Shown here: piece by piece, positions 37,012 through 46,663 of the stretch
Layout of the letters: every line of letters begins with the position of its first letter
Numbering within the stretch: the first letter of the stretch is position 1
Source of the DNA: Acidobacteria bacterium AH-259-O06
Lineage (GTDB): Bacteria; Acidobacteriota; UBA6911; RPQK01; JADFOI01
DNA: 48,578 bases
Assembly (NCBI GenBank): GCA_027717865.1
Contig: JALLOM010000001.1
Span: forward strand, 1 to 48,578
Direction: 5' to 3'
Translations under genes and position numbers: made by a program
The notes under the pieces: generated by a model
Seen by the model: the letters and a program-made list of their open reading frames with translations, nothing else
The model's database searches: none
Told to the model about the DNA's origin: nothing

Positions 37012-38385
37012 ATGCAAGCCTTAAATGAATTGCCGAATAAGCTTTTATTTTGCGGCTCGGAAAAGGATCGGACACAAGGCCAACGCGGCGTCGCGCTTTT
37101 GATTGTAATCATCTGTTCAATCCTGTTGACACTCTTAGGCCTGTCACTGACCTTGTCCACCACCACTGCGTTTGTCATGAGCACCGAATCCGAAGCGCGG
37201 GAAAAGGCTTTGCTGATCGCCGATGCCGGCTTTAACCTGGCGAAGGACAGCCTGCGAGCGCAAGAGCTCCCCACTCTCGTCTCCACAACCCAAACTGGAA
37301 AACAGTACCTCAGTTATGTGCCCCCAACAGATCCAACGGCGCTGTCCTACTTCAATCGAAACCCGATGCCTCTAGATGAGGCAATTAACATAGACTTCGC
37401 CAGCTCGCCCGCTGGGACACCAATAGCGGTCAGCGGCCTGTTGACCCCTCCTGAGGGAGTACCCCTTGGCACGGGACGGTACTTCGCCAGGCTTTCGCCC
37501 GGCTCCGGTGATGATGAGGTGGTTCTCCGAGTGATGGGAGTTCAGCGCGTCTCTGGTGCCAACGCCGTCGCCATCATTGAGGCCACCTTAAAGCGCGAGA
37601 CGTTCCTTGAATTCAGCTCTCCCTTTACGGCTTATGGCCCCAACGTCACTGCAGACTTCAGCGGAAACAGTTTCGACATGGATGGAAACCAGCATGACCC
37701 GGATGGAAACCCGATTTCTGGTGATCCCCAGCCCGGCTTCGCCGTTGCTTACAAGGACCCTCCTGGAAACGCGACAACGGCAGCTAACTCGGTGAATAGT
37801 TCACTGAGCGGTAAGCAGGAAGACAATATCGTGGGAGCACCTGGAGATTTTGGACCCACCGGACCCTCTATTAAAGACATGACGGATTCCGTCCCGGCAA
37901 ACTTTTACGATCCGAATTGGCTGATGGACATTGTCAATGCGCTGGCCTCCATTGCCAACAATACCCTGACTCAAGAGCAATACAGCGGTATTGGTGAAGG
38001 AGCATGGGGTACCCAAGACAACCCTCAGATTACTTTCAGAGACGGCAATTTGGAAGTGACAGGAGGCGGCTCAGGAGCGGGAATCCTGGTGGTGACGGGG
38101 ACTCTCGAGATCGGCGGGGCGTTGGACTTCGATGGTTTAATCCTCTCTCTAGGCGGAGACATTTGGATGCATGGCGCCAACAAGACAATCACGGGCGGTA
38201 TTTTCACTGCCAACGTAATCTACGACGCAGTTAATGAGACATACACCTACGGGGATAATACCGTCACGATAAGTGGAAACAGCAATTTCCTTTTCAGTGG
38301 CAGCGGGCTGTCCCTGGCTTCCAACCTTCTCCCTGTGACGACGCTGTCCTGGCGGGAAGTTACTCGAGAACTCGAGCCCTACTGA
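37012..38385 (+). CDS. Large PilX-N-domain minor pilin / pilus tip-associated protein
   Basis: 457 aa. PilX-type N-terminus QRGVALLIVIICSILLTLLGLSL, D/G/N-rich middle, and a Gly-rich beta-strand repeat C-terminal part (GGGSGAGILVVTGTLEIGGALDFDGLIL). Confidence 0.65.
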   Translation: MQALNELPNKLLFCGSEKDRTQGQRGVALLIVIICSILLTLLGLSLTLSTTTAFVMSTESEAREKALLIADAGFNLAKDSLRAQELPTLVSTTQTGKQYLSYVPPTDPTALSYFNRNPMPLDEAINIDFASSPAGTPIAVSGLLTPPEGVPLGTGRYFARLSPGSGDDEVVLRVMGVQRVSGANAVAIIEATLKRETFLEFSSPFTAYGPNVTADFSGNSFDMDGNQHDPDGNPISGDPQPGFAVAYKDPPGNATTAANSVNSSLSGKQEDNIVGAPGDFGPTGPSIKDMTDSVPANFYDPNWLMDIVNALASIANNTLTQEQYSGIGEGAWGTQDNPQITFRDGNLEVTGGGSGAGILVVTGTLEIGGALDFDGLILSLGGDIWMHGANKTITGGIFTANVIYDAVNETYTYGDNTVTISGNSNFLFSGSGLSLASNLLPVTTLSWREVTRELEPY

Positions 38386-38442
38386 TAATTTCCGCATTCC
38401 AGCACACCTATCGCCTGCTACCCACGAAAGTCTACTACAGTC

Positions 38443-38841
38443 TCAATCGCGGATCTCTACTTCGGTACCCTCCTTCGGATAGTTTACATGCCAGGCATTG
38501 GGAGAGTCAGCGTGTTGAACATGCATGTGGATGTTCTTACTTCCATCGGACTCCGTTTGCAAGTCATATTTGGTAAAGCTCACACCTGGAGAAAGATTAA
38601 ACCCACTTGAGAACAGGTCGGAAGATGTCGCTGGATAGGTGCCGTTCCTGACGTGATAAAACTCAATGGAGGTTATCGCGTTTCTCAGGTCTGACTTGGA
38701 GGTGGCATCATCGGCGGCAATTCTCGATGCGGAGTAATTCGGGATGGCTAGAGCGGCCAGGACGACGATAACAGCCACCACCAACAGTAGCTCGATAAGG
38801 CTAAAGCCCTTTACTTTTATTGCCTTCTCACAAACACGCAT
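38443..38841 (-). CDS. pilA: Type IVa major pilin
   Basis: MRVCEKAIKVKG/FSLIELLLVVAVIVVLAALAIPNY is a canonical class III signal peptide plus N-terminal helix. ATG at 38841 is preceded by GAAGGGGA. The track GTG start at 38868 is less likely. Confidence 0.85.
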   Translation of the reverse strand: MRVCEKAIKVKGFSLIELLLVVAVIVVLAALAIPNYSASRIAADDATSKSDLRNAITSIEFYHVRNGTYPATSSDLFSSGFNLSPGVSFTKYDLQTESDGSKNIHMHVQHADSPNAWHVNYPKEGTEVEIRD

Positions 38842-38861
38842 GAAGGTTCCCCTTCTCGTAT

Positions 38862-38880
38862 TCGGCACTCAAAGTGCCGA
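38862..38880 (-). promoter_or_regulatory. Candidate sigma-54 (-24/-12) promoter for pilA
   Basis: The minus strand reads TCGGCACTTTGAGTGCCGA: GGCAC and TGC with the GG-to-GC spacing of the TGGCAC-N5-TTGC consensus, about 24 nt upstream of the preferred pilA ATG (38841). The sequence is also a 7-bp inverted repeat, so the match could be coincidental. Confidence 0.3.
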
Positions 38881-38927
38881 GGATGATAATAGTATATCCG
38901 ACTTCTTAGCTTGAAAACAAGACGGGG

Positions 38928-38944
38928 AGCCGCTGGGAGCGGCT
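38928..38944 (-). terminator. Candidate intrinsic terminator after ribD
   Basis: AGCCGCT-GGG-AGCGGCT is a 7-bp GC-rich stem. On the minus strand it is followed by CCCCGTCTTGTTTTC. Lies about 80 nt downstream of the ribD stop. Confidence 0.4.
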
Positions 38945-39022
38945 TTGGAGTGATGCATCTCACCTGCGGCCCGACTGCTGAAATTACTCCAGAGAATGAG
39001 CCACCATTCTTGATCAAGAGGA

Positions 39023-40096
39023 TTATTCGATGTCACCTTCTACCATAAAATCCGGAGCCAGGCGCTTGAGACGAATAGCACGCAGCTTCACCGCCCTCGC
39101 TAGTTGCTCAATGCCCAGGTCTTCAATGCTGGATCGGCCGCTGCTACCGATGATCTTGGGACCATAGAAAAAACTAATTTTCTGAACGATTCCCGCTCGA
39201 AGGGCAGAGGCCGCCACCCGAGCCCCTCCTTCGATTAGAAGACTGGTGATCTTCAGTTGACCTAACTTCCTTAAGAGATGGCTCCACTCTAAGCGGCCAT
39301 TCCGTTGGGAGACGGCAATAAGCCTGGCCCTCTCGGATAATTTCTCCACCCGCTCTTTGGAAGCTTGCCGGCCGCGGAAGATGATCACTGGATCGGACGA
39401 ATTGAAAAGCCTGGCCTGGAACGGTGTTCGCACTCTGGAGTCCAGGACCACCTTGCTGATCCGATTTCGCCGTCTCCAGCGCACATCCAGCGAGGGGTCG
39501 TCCTGAAGCACCGTTTCGACTCCTACCAAAATGGCGTCGTATTCGTAGCGCAGCCGATGAGCTTCTCTTCGTGCTTTGTTTCCGGTGATCCACTGAGATT
39601 CGCCGCTTCCCGCGGCTATTTTGCCATCAAGAGTCAGCGCTAATTTTAGCAGAACAAATGGCTTCCCGGTTTGAATGAAGTGAAAAAACTTTTCATTTAG
39701 GCGAATCCCCTTCTGCCGGCAATGACCCTCATGAACACAAACTCCCTGTTTTCGAAGCACTTCAGTCCCCTTTTCTCCCGCCAGTGGATTGGGGTCTCTG
39801 ACCGCCACAAACACCTCCCTGACACCCGCCTCAAGAATCCGATCCACACAGGGAGGCGTTCGTCCATGATGGGTACAAGGTTCTAAATTGAGATACAGAC
39901 TCGCGCCGGCGGCCTGGCGGCCTGCGCGCTCAAGCGCCACAACCTCAGCGTGGTCTTTTTTCTCGTAAAGGTGATATCCTTCACCGACGATCCGGCCATC
40001 TTTCACAACCACCGCCCCGACTAACGGATTGGGACTGACACGACCCACCCCCCGGCGCGCCAGTGCAATGGCCCGCTTCATAAATCGTTCATGCAC
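39023..40096 (-). CDS. ribD: Bifunctional riboflavin biosynthesis deaminase/reductase
   Basis: 357 aa. Deaminase zinc motifs HAEVVAL and PCTHHGRTPPC. C-terminal RibD reductase domain. Confidence 0.93.
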   Translation of the reverse strand: MHERFMKRAIALARRGVGRVSPNPLVGAVVVKDGRIVGEGYHLYEKKDHAEVVALERAGRQAAGASLYLNLEPCTHHGRTPPCVDRILEAGVREVFVAVRDPNPLAGEKGTEVLRKQGVCVHEGHCRQKGIRLNEKFFHFIQTGKPFVLLKLALTLDGKIAAGSGESQWITGNKARREAHRLRYEYDAILVGVETVLQDDPSLDVRWRRRNRISKVVLDSRVRTPFQARLFNSSDPVIIFRGRQASKERVEKLSERARLIAVSQRNGRLEWSHLLRKLGQLKITSLLIEGGARVAASALRAGIVQKISFFYGPKIIGSSGRSSIEDLGIEQLARAVKLRAIRLKRLAPDFMVEGDIE

Positions 40097-40109
40097 TGCT
40101 CCTGCTCCC

Positions 40110-40152
40110 AGGGGGCCGTGTGTTTAAAAAATTAAAACCCCCAGGGCCCCCT
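40110..40152 (-). terminator. Hairpin abutting the CNNM-gene stop; partial relative of the 8939 palindrome
   Basis: AGGGGGCC (40110-40117) pairs with GGCCCCCT (40145-40152), and the interior GTTTAAAAAATTAAAAC is itself partly palindromic. It shares GGGGCCGTGT(C/G)TTTAAAA with 8946-8967. No U-tract follows on the minus strand. Confidence 0.4.
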
Positions 40153-41472
40153 CTATTCTTTTGTTCTTTTGTTCTTTTGTTCTGCGGGCGCAGCGAGCTC
40201 CTCATCCAGCTTCTTGACTCGCATGCTTTGAATCTTTTTCCCGTCCGAGCTGAGGATCTCAATCAGCAGCCCGTCCAAAACCACAGTTTCGCCGGGTGAA
40301 GGAACTTTTCCAAGGTGAGCCACAACAAGACCTGAGACGGTCGTGACATCCGGTTCTCCGAGGTCGATATCTAAGGTCTCCTCCAGCTCCTCAACTTCCG
40401 CTCTGCCGCGGACAAGGTAGTTACTGTCCCCCTGATAGACCAAATCCACTTTCTCCAACTCGTCCTCATCACGGATTTCTCCGACAATTTCCTCGATCAC
40501 GTCCTCGATCGTCACTAATCCGGATACAGACGCATACTCGTTGATGACGATGGCCAGATGCTCCGCGTTGAGCTGCATTTCCCTTAACAATTCCGACACT
40601 TTCTTAGTCTCCGGTACAAACCAGGCTTTGTTGATCAGCGCAGTTATAGGATCGTCTCCATTCCCGTCACCGAGATAGCTCAGAAGGTTGCGAACGTACA
40701 CCACGCCGACAACTTGATCGATCCTCTCTCTGTAGACCGGGATCCGCGAGAACTTGCTGGAGACGATGAGTTCTTTCAATTCAGAAATGGTCGCATTTTC
40801 TTCAATTGCAACAATTTCCGTGCGTGGCGTCATGATTTCTCGGGCCAATGTGTCCCCGAATTCCAGAGCCGATTGAATCAACTCGCTTTCATCCTCTTCA
40901 AAAATCCCTTCCTCCTCTCCCACACCGAGGTAAGCTTGGATTTCCTCTTCACTTGCTTCCTCCTCCGGAGCGATTTGCAATTTGTTTTTTTCTTTGGAAG
41001 CCTGAGAGGCTCGCAAAAGAACCACCACAGGTGAGCTCACCCAGTACAGGACTCGATAGAAACTCTTGAAAAGTGGAAGCAGGCGGAGCAGAACTCGTTC
41101 CGGCTCCGACTGTGTGATCATTCTGGGGAACAGCTGCCGAAAAAGGGAAATGATCGCCACCATCACCACAAGGGCCCAGACAAGGGCCCAGAAAGGAGCG
41201 TAGGCCGCCCCTGAACCCAAGAACATAAGGGTGGTGAGGACCGCCAGTACCATCAGTAGCAGTTGAGATCCAAACTGAAGGGGAAGCAAAAACTGGATGC
41301 GATCCCGTGCGATGTCTTCCAAAAGACGGACTTTGGGGCTTCTCTCTCTCTCGGCCAGGACCTTCAAGGACAATCGAGAAAGCCGAGAGATCGAACTCTC
41401 GATCACCGAGATAAAAAAGAGCATAAGAACCAGGAGCGCGATCGTGAAAAATCCGAAATTAAACCAGTTCAA
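40153..41472 (-). CDS. CNNM/HlyC-CorC family protein (DUF21 membrane domain, CBS pair, CorC_HlyC)
   Basis: 439 aa with an N-terminal 4-TM DUF21, tandem CBS (IMTPRTEIVAI...), and a C-terminal transporter-associated domain. Sits at the conserved position after ybeY. Confidence 0.88.
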   Translation of the reverse strand: MNWFNFGFFTIALLVLMLFFISVIESSISRLSRLSLKVLAERERSPKVRLLEDIARDRIQFLLPLQFGSQLLLMVLAVLTTLMFLGSGAAYAPFWALVWALVVMVAIISLFRQLFPRMITQSEPERVLLRLLPLFKSFYRVLYWVSSPVVVLLRASQASKEKNKLQIAPEEEASEEEIQAYLGVGEEEGIFEEDESELIQSALEFGDTLAREIMTPRTEIVAIEENATISELKELIVSSKFSRIPVYRERIDQVVGVVYVRNLLSYLGDGNGDDPITALINKAWFVPETKKVSELLREMQLNAEHLAIVINEYASVSGLVTIEDVIEEIVGEIRDEDELEKVDLVYQGDSNYLVRGRAEVEELEETLDIDLGEPDVTTVSGLVVAHLGKVPSPGETVVLDGLLIEILSSDGKKIQSMRVKKLDEELAAPAEQKNKRTKE

Positions 41473-41897
41473 TGAAGTCGAAATTCCCTCTTTAACTTTC
41501 TTTCCAGCGCTTTCATCTCCCCTCGATCAGTCTCATGATCGTATCCGATAAGATGCAATAATCCATGCAGGGAAAGTACCTTAAGCTCCTCTAACAAAGT
41601 CTGTTTTCTTTGCCGATGTGCCGTTTCAACGGAGATGAGAATATCTCCCAAATAGGACTCTTCTTCCCACTCAGCCTCTTCATAAGGGAATGAAAGAATA
41701 TCGGTAGCTCGATCGGCGCCGCGAAATTTTTGATTGTAACTTTTCATCAGCGCATCGCTGACCAGTGCGACTGAAAAAGCAGCATGCGGAGCCACCTGGC
41801 TTGACAGCCGATAAAGAAAATCTTTCAGTGGTTTTATTTTGACAGAAATTTTTCGCTGTCTATTGAATACGTTGATTTTCGGCTCGTTTCTCTTCAA
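41469..41897 (-). CDS. ybeY: Endoribonuclease YbeY (rRNA maturation factor)
   Basis: Zinc motif HGLLHLIGYDHE. Start uncertain. The track ATG at 41960 overlaps pgpH by 101 nt. The in-frame TTG at 41897 (MKRNEPKINVFNRQ) reduces the overlap to 38 nt. Confidence 0.85.
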   Translation of the reverse strand: MKRNEPKINVFNRQRKISVKIKPLKDFLYRLSSQVAPHAAFSVALVSDALMKSYNQKFRGADRATDILSFPYEEAEWEEESYLGDILISVETAHRQRKQTLLEELKVLSLHGLLHLIGYDHETDRGEMKALERKLKREFRLH

Positions 41898-44241
41898 CCT
41901 GTTTACCGAAGTCAAAACCCGGGTACTTAATTCGGTGATGATGCATGCCGGTAATGACACGCTCGAATGCCCGAAGGATCTTATCCAGATCCTTCATGGT
42001 GATGTCACACTCGTCAAACTGTCGATCCCGGATGGTCGACTGGATTAAACGCCTGATCATACTGCGGATCTGACTCGGACTTGGATCCTGCAAGGTTCTG
42101 GAAGCAGCCTCGACCTGATCGGCCAGCATCAAAATGGCGGCTTCCTTGCTCTGAGGCTTGGGCCCGGAGTACCGGAAATCGTCTTCGTTCACTTCTCGAT
42201 CCTTTCCGGCGGTAGCGCCTTTAGCCTTCTGGTAAAAATAGGTCATCAACCTGGTCCCGTGATGCTGAGGGATCAGGTCACGCACGTTCGGAACTAGATT
42301 GATTTCCTCGGCAATCGCGAGGCCGTCCTTCACGTGGCTGGACAAGATCAGACTTGACATGCTGGGGGAGAGGTTTTCATGTTTGTTCGAAGTGTAGATT
42401 TGGTTTTCGATGTAGTACTCCGGTGTCTTCAATTTTCCGATATCGTGATAGTAAGCACCCACCCGCACCAACAAGGCATTGGCATCAATGGCTTCGGCCG
42501 CTGCTTCAGCCAACGTTCCCACGATTATGCTGTGGTGGTAGGTCCCCGGAGCCTCCACAGCCAAACGACGCAAAATCGGATTGTTCAAATTGGACAGTTC
42601 AAGCAATTTGACGTCGGTTGTGATCTCAAACAAGGATTCCAGGATTGGCAAAAACAGGGATGCTAACATGGCCGCGAAGACACCGCTTAATAATCCACTT
42701 GAGGCGCGGACCGCAAAGAGGATCCACTGAAAACTGGTTTCCGAAGCGTAGAGCTGAAGAGCGAGCACGATCAGAACATTCACAACACCGATAATGAACC
42801 CGCCTTTGATGATGGCTGCCCGTTCACGATACTGGCCCATCAAGTAAATTGCCGCCAAACTCCCCGTCAGCGAATAGATGAACATTCCGATCTCCCCTGT
42901 CAGCAGTCCCACAAAGACGCCGAATATCAGGGAATAGAGGATAGAAATGTGAACGTCGACCAGAAGGATGACGAGAATCGCGCCCACTGCCAAAGGTGCC
43001 AGAAAATAAAAATTCAGCGGATCCCGAAGGCTTTCGACCCCCCAGGGTCTTCCAGCCATTAGGTCACCCAGGAATATAAAAATTTTGGTTACCACCAAAG
43101 TCAGGGTCAACACGATTGCCACAAGCAAATAGTGATTGCGAATTTTCCTGTGTCGTTTCTGGTAAGCCAAAAAGTACTGCCAGATTGCAGACAAGAAGAA
43201 ACCAACAATCAGGAAAATGCCTATGAACTTCCCTACCACCCGGCGGGGCTGTTTCAATCGCCGCAACTGCTCTAAGAGCGCCATTTCTCTGCCCTTGACC
43301 TCGTCCCCAGCTCGAACCAGAATCCTACCTTTTTTCATCTGTATTAGAACCGGGTCAACCTCTTGAACGGCACTCTGTTCCCGAGCGCTGGTTTCTTCCT
43401 CGTTGTAGCGGACATTAGGAACGATCCAATTGTCCAGAAAAGTAATAATCTCTTTTTTGTCCTCGAGACTGACGGCAGTCAGCTCATACTCGTTCTGTCG
43501 AAGGACATCGCGCGCCTGGCTTAGATCTCGGATGGCCATCCAGTCGTTCAACTGTTCCTCTTGGGCGCGATTGGTGGACTCGCCTACCATGTACCTCCTG
43601 CGCAGAGTCATCCGCCGCTCCTGGTGGCGCAAAAGGGCATCGCGACTTAAGATCACGCCAGGAGGCTTGATCGCTTCCTGCACGAGTCCCACCATCTGAT
43701 TCTCCAACTCAGAGGAGAAGGAGTGTCCTAAACAGATCTCCAGTACACGACCCTGAGCGAATCCCGGAAGAATCTCTGCCAAGCGTGGGAGGAGTCTTTC
43801 TTGAGCTCTTCGGGAAAGCCGGCTGGACCCAGGAATACCTAATTTCTCTTTCTCTTCAGCAATCAATTGCCGCGCGTCGGTGAAAGCGATACGGAGTTCC
43901 GCTTCCACACGGTTATTTACCCACAGGTCGAGATCAAAAACCACTGGCACGTTCTTTCTGGTCTCCTCTTTTTTCTGAAGGGTCGCCTCTTGATCTACTA
44001 TGGTGAAGTCCTGCGGCGCCTCAATCCTTCGGTCGGCAATGTCGCCCAGCTGGTAGTCCGGGATTGATTGGAAATGAAATCCAACCAGGAGCCAGCTGAT
44101 GAGCAGCGCCACACCGACGCCAATGAGAACTTCCGGGACCGTCAGCTGAGCAAACCGACCCCTGCGATCCCTGGTGCGCCCAAGGAATATTTTGGCCAAC
44201 CTGCTTCTTTGATTTGATTTTCCTTTAGGTTTATCAGCCAT
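41860..44241 (-). CDS. pgpH: 7TM-receptor HD-domain phosphohydrolase (PgpH/YqfF family)
   Basis: 793 aa with an extracytoplasmic N-domain, 7 TM helices and a C-terminal HD domain with HHSIIVG...YYHDIGK. Sits upstream of ybeY, as in the Firmicutes yqfF-ybeY arrangement. Confidence 0.85.
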   Translation of the reverse strand: MADKPKGKSNQRSRLAKIFLGRTRDRRGRFAQLTVPEVLIGVGVALLISWLLVGFHFQSIPDYQLGDIADRRIEAPQDFTIVDQEATLQKKEETRKNVPVVFDLDLWVNNRVEAELRIAFTDARQLIAEEKEKLGIPGSSRLSRRAQERLLPRLAEILPGFAQGRVLEICLGHSFSSELENQMVGLVQEAIKPPGVILSRDALLRHQERRMTLRRRYMVGESTNRAQEEQLNDWMAIRDLSQARDVLRQNEYELTAVSLEDKKEIITFLDNWIVPNVRYNEEETSAREQSAVQEVDPVLIQMKKGRILVRAGDEVKGREMALLEQLRRLKQPRRVVGKFIGIFLIVGFFLSAIWQYFLAYQKRHRKIRNHYLLVAIVLTLTLVVTKIFIFLGDLMAGRPWGVESLRDPLNFYFLAPLAVGAILVILLVDVHISILYSLIFGVFVGLLTGEIGMFIYSLTGSLAAIYLMGQYRERAAIIKGGFIIGVVNVLIVLALQLYASETSFQWILFAVRASSGLLSGVFAAMLASLFLPILESLFEITTDVKLLELSNLNNPILRRLAVEAPGTYHHSIIVGTLAEAAAEAIDANALLVRVGAYYHDIGKLKTPEYYIENQIYTSNKHENLSPSMSSLILSSHVKDGLAIAEEINLVPNVRDLIPQHHGTRLMTYFYQKAKGATAGKDREVNEDDFRYSGPKPQSKEAAILMLADQVEAASRTLQDPSPSQIRSMIRRLIQSTIRDRQFDECDITMKDLDKILRAFERVITGMHHHRIKYPGFDFGKQVEEKRAENQRIQ

Positions 44242-44400
44242 TTAGATCTGATGAAGGAAAGTGCAGCACGTCACACGTACTGCCGGTTTTAGCAACAGGC
44301 AAGAAATTTGGAATTCCTGAAGAGCCGGGAGAGCAAGGACAGAATAATTATCCTCCCCACCATGAAAAGCATGAAAAGATAGTATATCACAATCTGTCCT

Positions 44401-45642
44401 CTATTCTTCGTACCTTTTCAGCAAAATACAGGCGTTGGTTCCACCGAAGCCAAATGAATTCGATAAGGCGTAGCGAATCTCTGTCTTCCGAGCCTGATCG
44501 GGCACATAATCCAGGTCACAATCTGGATCAGGATTATCCAGATTGATGGTGGGAGGGAGGATCTGATCCCGAATGGCAAGAGCGGTAATCCCCCCTTCGA
44601 GCCCCCCAGCTGCACCCAAAGAATGACCGATCATTGACTTGGTGGAACTGATCGCTAGCCTGTCAGCATGTTTTCCAAAGACGGTCTTAATGGCCTGTGT
44701 TTCGATGCGATCATTTGGTGGAGTGCTGGTCCCGTGGGCATTAATGTAATCGACTTCCGTCGGATCGACACCGGCATCCTGAAGGGTGGCTTTCATCACG
44801 CGCACTGCTCCTGAACCATCCTCGGGCGGAGCGGTCATATGGTAAGCGTCACCGCTCATTCCGTAACCCACGATCTCGGCGAAAATAGGGGCGCCTCGCC
44901 TACGCGCGTGTTCCAATTCCTCTAATATGATAATCCCTGCACCCTCCCCGATCACAAAACCGTCACGATCACGGTCAAAGGGCCGGCTGGCCCTCTCCGG
45001 TTCGTCGTTGCGTGTGGAAAGTGCTCTCATCGCAGCAAACCCTCCAACTCCCATGGGGGTAATGGCCGCTTCAGCACCTCCCGCGATCATGGCGTCAGCA
45101 GCGTCGCGTTCAATAATCTTGAAAGAGTCTCCGATGGCGTGACATCCCGCCGAACACGCGGTGCAAGTGGCGGAGTTGGGGCCCGCAGTACCGAATCGAA
45201 TAGAAACCTGCCCCGCAGCCAGGTTGGCGATGCTGCCCGGGATAAAGAAAGGAGAGATCTTGCGGGGACCTTTGTTCAGGAAAGTTGCATGTTCTGCTTC
45301 GATCGTTCCGAATCCACCGATACCCGAACCTATATAGACTCCTATCCGCGCCGCATTTTTTTTGTTGACCTTTAGGCAGGCGCTGCGGACAGCACATTGG
45401 GCAGCCACGATGGCGTAGAGGATAAAAAGATCCATCTTACGTGCGCTCTTAACATCAACGTAGGCCAACGGATCAAAGTTTTTTACTTCGGCCCCGATCC
45501 GGCTCGAAAAACTGCCGGCATCAAAATGAGTGATCGGGCCAACTCCACTTTTCCCCTGCAGTAGGCCCTTCCAGGTGCTTTCGGTGTCCAAACCAAGGGC
45601 CGAAACCAACCCTATACCCGTCACCACGACCCTTCTTTTCAA
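44401..45642 (-). CDS. fabF: 3-oxoacyl-ACP synthase II
   Basis: 413 aa. Active-site Cys region TACSAG, HGTSTPPND and GHSLGAAG motifs. Follows acpP. Confidence 0.95.
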   Translation of the reverse strand: MKRRVVVTGIGLVSALGLDTESTWKGLLQGKSGVGPITHFDAGSFSSRIGAEVKNFDPLAYVDVKSARKMDLFILYAIVAAQCAVRSACLKVNKKNAARIGVYIGSGIGGFGTIEAEHATFLNKGPRKISPFFIPGSIANLAAGQVSIRFGTAGPNSATCTACSAGCHAIGDSFKIIERDAADAMIAGGAEAAITPMGVGGFAAMRALSTRNDEPERASRPFDRDRDGFVIGEGAGIIILEELEHARRRGAPIFAEIVGYGMSGDAYHMTAPPEDGSGAVRVMKATLQDAGVDPTEVDYINAHGTSTPPNDRIETQAIKTVFGKHADRLAISSTKSMIGHSLGAAGGLEGGITALAIRDQILPPTINLDNPDPDCDLDYVPDQARKTEIRYALSNSFGFGGTNACILLKRYEE

Positions 45643-45657
45643 GATGGACTCCAGAAG

Positions 45658-45894
45658 TTATTTCTGATGATCTTTAATATAGTCGATGGCGTCCCGTACG
45701 GTGAGAATCTTCTCGGCGTCCTCGTCGGGAATCTCCATATCAAAGTCCTCTTCAAGTTTCATCACCAGTTCAACGGTATCCAGAGAGTCTGCACCGAGAT
45801 CATCGACAAAATGAGCATCCAATGTCGCCTCTCCTTCATTTACTCCCAATTGATCCACGATGATCGTTTTCACTTTTTCCTCTACCGATGCCAT
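45658..45894 (-). CDS. acpP: Acyl carrier protein
   Basis: 78 aa with the phosphopantetheine attachment motif [13 protein letters not shown]. Confidence 0.97.
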   Translation of the reverse strand: MASVEEKVKTIIVDQLGVNEGEATLDAHFVDDLGADSLDTVELVMKLEEDFDMEIPDEDAEKILTVRDAIDYIKDHQK

Positions 45895-45919
45895 TTTCCC
45901 TCCTTCACTCTTCCGGGTG

Positions 45920-46663
45920 CTACATATACATTCCGCCGTTTATATTTAGCACATGCCCTGTTATATATCCAGCCTCTTTTGAGGCCAGGAAAAGCACACC
46001 GTAGGCCACATCCTCAACAGTACCAAACCTTGCCAGGGGAATGCTGTTTTGCAGTTCATCTCTTGCTTTGTGTCCGAGCTCAGCCGTCATGTCGGTTTCG
46101 ATGAAGCCCGGGGCAATCGCGTTGACCGTGATGTTTCGGGAAGCAACCTCACGCGCCAGTGCCTTTGTGAACCCAATGATTCCCGCCTTGCTGGCCACAT
46201 AATTCACCTGGCCGGGATTCCCCATTTGGGCCACCACCGAAGTGATGTTAATCACCCGTCCATAGCGCTGGCGAACCATCTCTGCGATGATCTCGCGAGT
46301 GACACAATAGACTCCATCCAGATTTGTTGTCAGGACTTGGCGCCAATCCTTCTCTTGCATCCGAAGCAGAAGACTGTCACGGGCAATACCCGCATTGTTC
46401 ACCAGTATGTCAACCTTCTCAAAATGCTCACCTCTGCGAGAGAGTGCGCTTTTGACCTGATCAAGCCGGCCCACATCCATCTGCACCGCCAGGGCTTCTC
46501 CACCTCTTGTGCGAATCTCCGCCGCCAAAGCTTCAATATCTGCTTGAGATCGGCTTGCCAATACCACACGGGCCCCGTGCGAGGCCAACTCTTCGGCCAC
46601 CTTTCGGCCGATCCCTCGTGAAGCCCCGGTCACCAGCGCCACTTGATTAGAAAAGTCATACAT
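45920..46663 (-). CDS. fabG: 3-oxoacyl-ACP reductase
   Basis: [23 protein letters not shown] and YVASKAG (Y-x3-K). The ATG at 46663 overlaps the fabD stop by 8 nt. The 46 upstream codons in the track are rejected. Confidence 0.93.
   Translation of the reverse strand: MYDFSNQVALVTGASRGIGRKVAEELASHGARVVLASRSQADIEALAAEIRTRGGEALAVQMDVGRLDQVKSALSRRGEHFEKVDILVNNAGIARDSLLLRMQEKDWRQVLTTNLDGVYCVTREIIAEMVRQRYGRVINITSVVAQMGNPGQVNYVASKAGIIGFTKALAREVASRNITVNAIAPGFIETDMTAELGHKARDELQNSIPLARFGTVEDVAYGVLFLASKEAGYITGHVLNINGGMYM

Noticed and set aside
44242-44400. The repeat-free 159-nt spacer between the pgpH start and the fabF stop, and the spacer at 9763-9861, were examined for hidden elements.
   Set aside because: No tandem units, no inverted repeats of 8 bp or more and no plausible small ORF (only MKSMKR). 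They are treated as ordinary promoter or terminator spacers.
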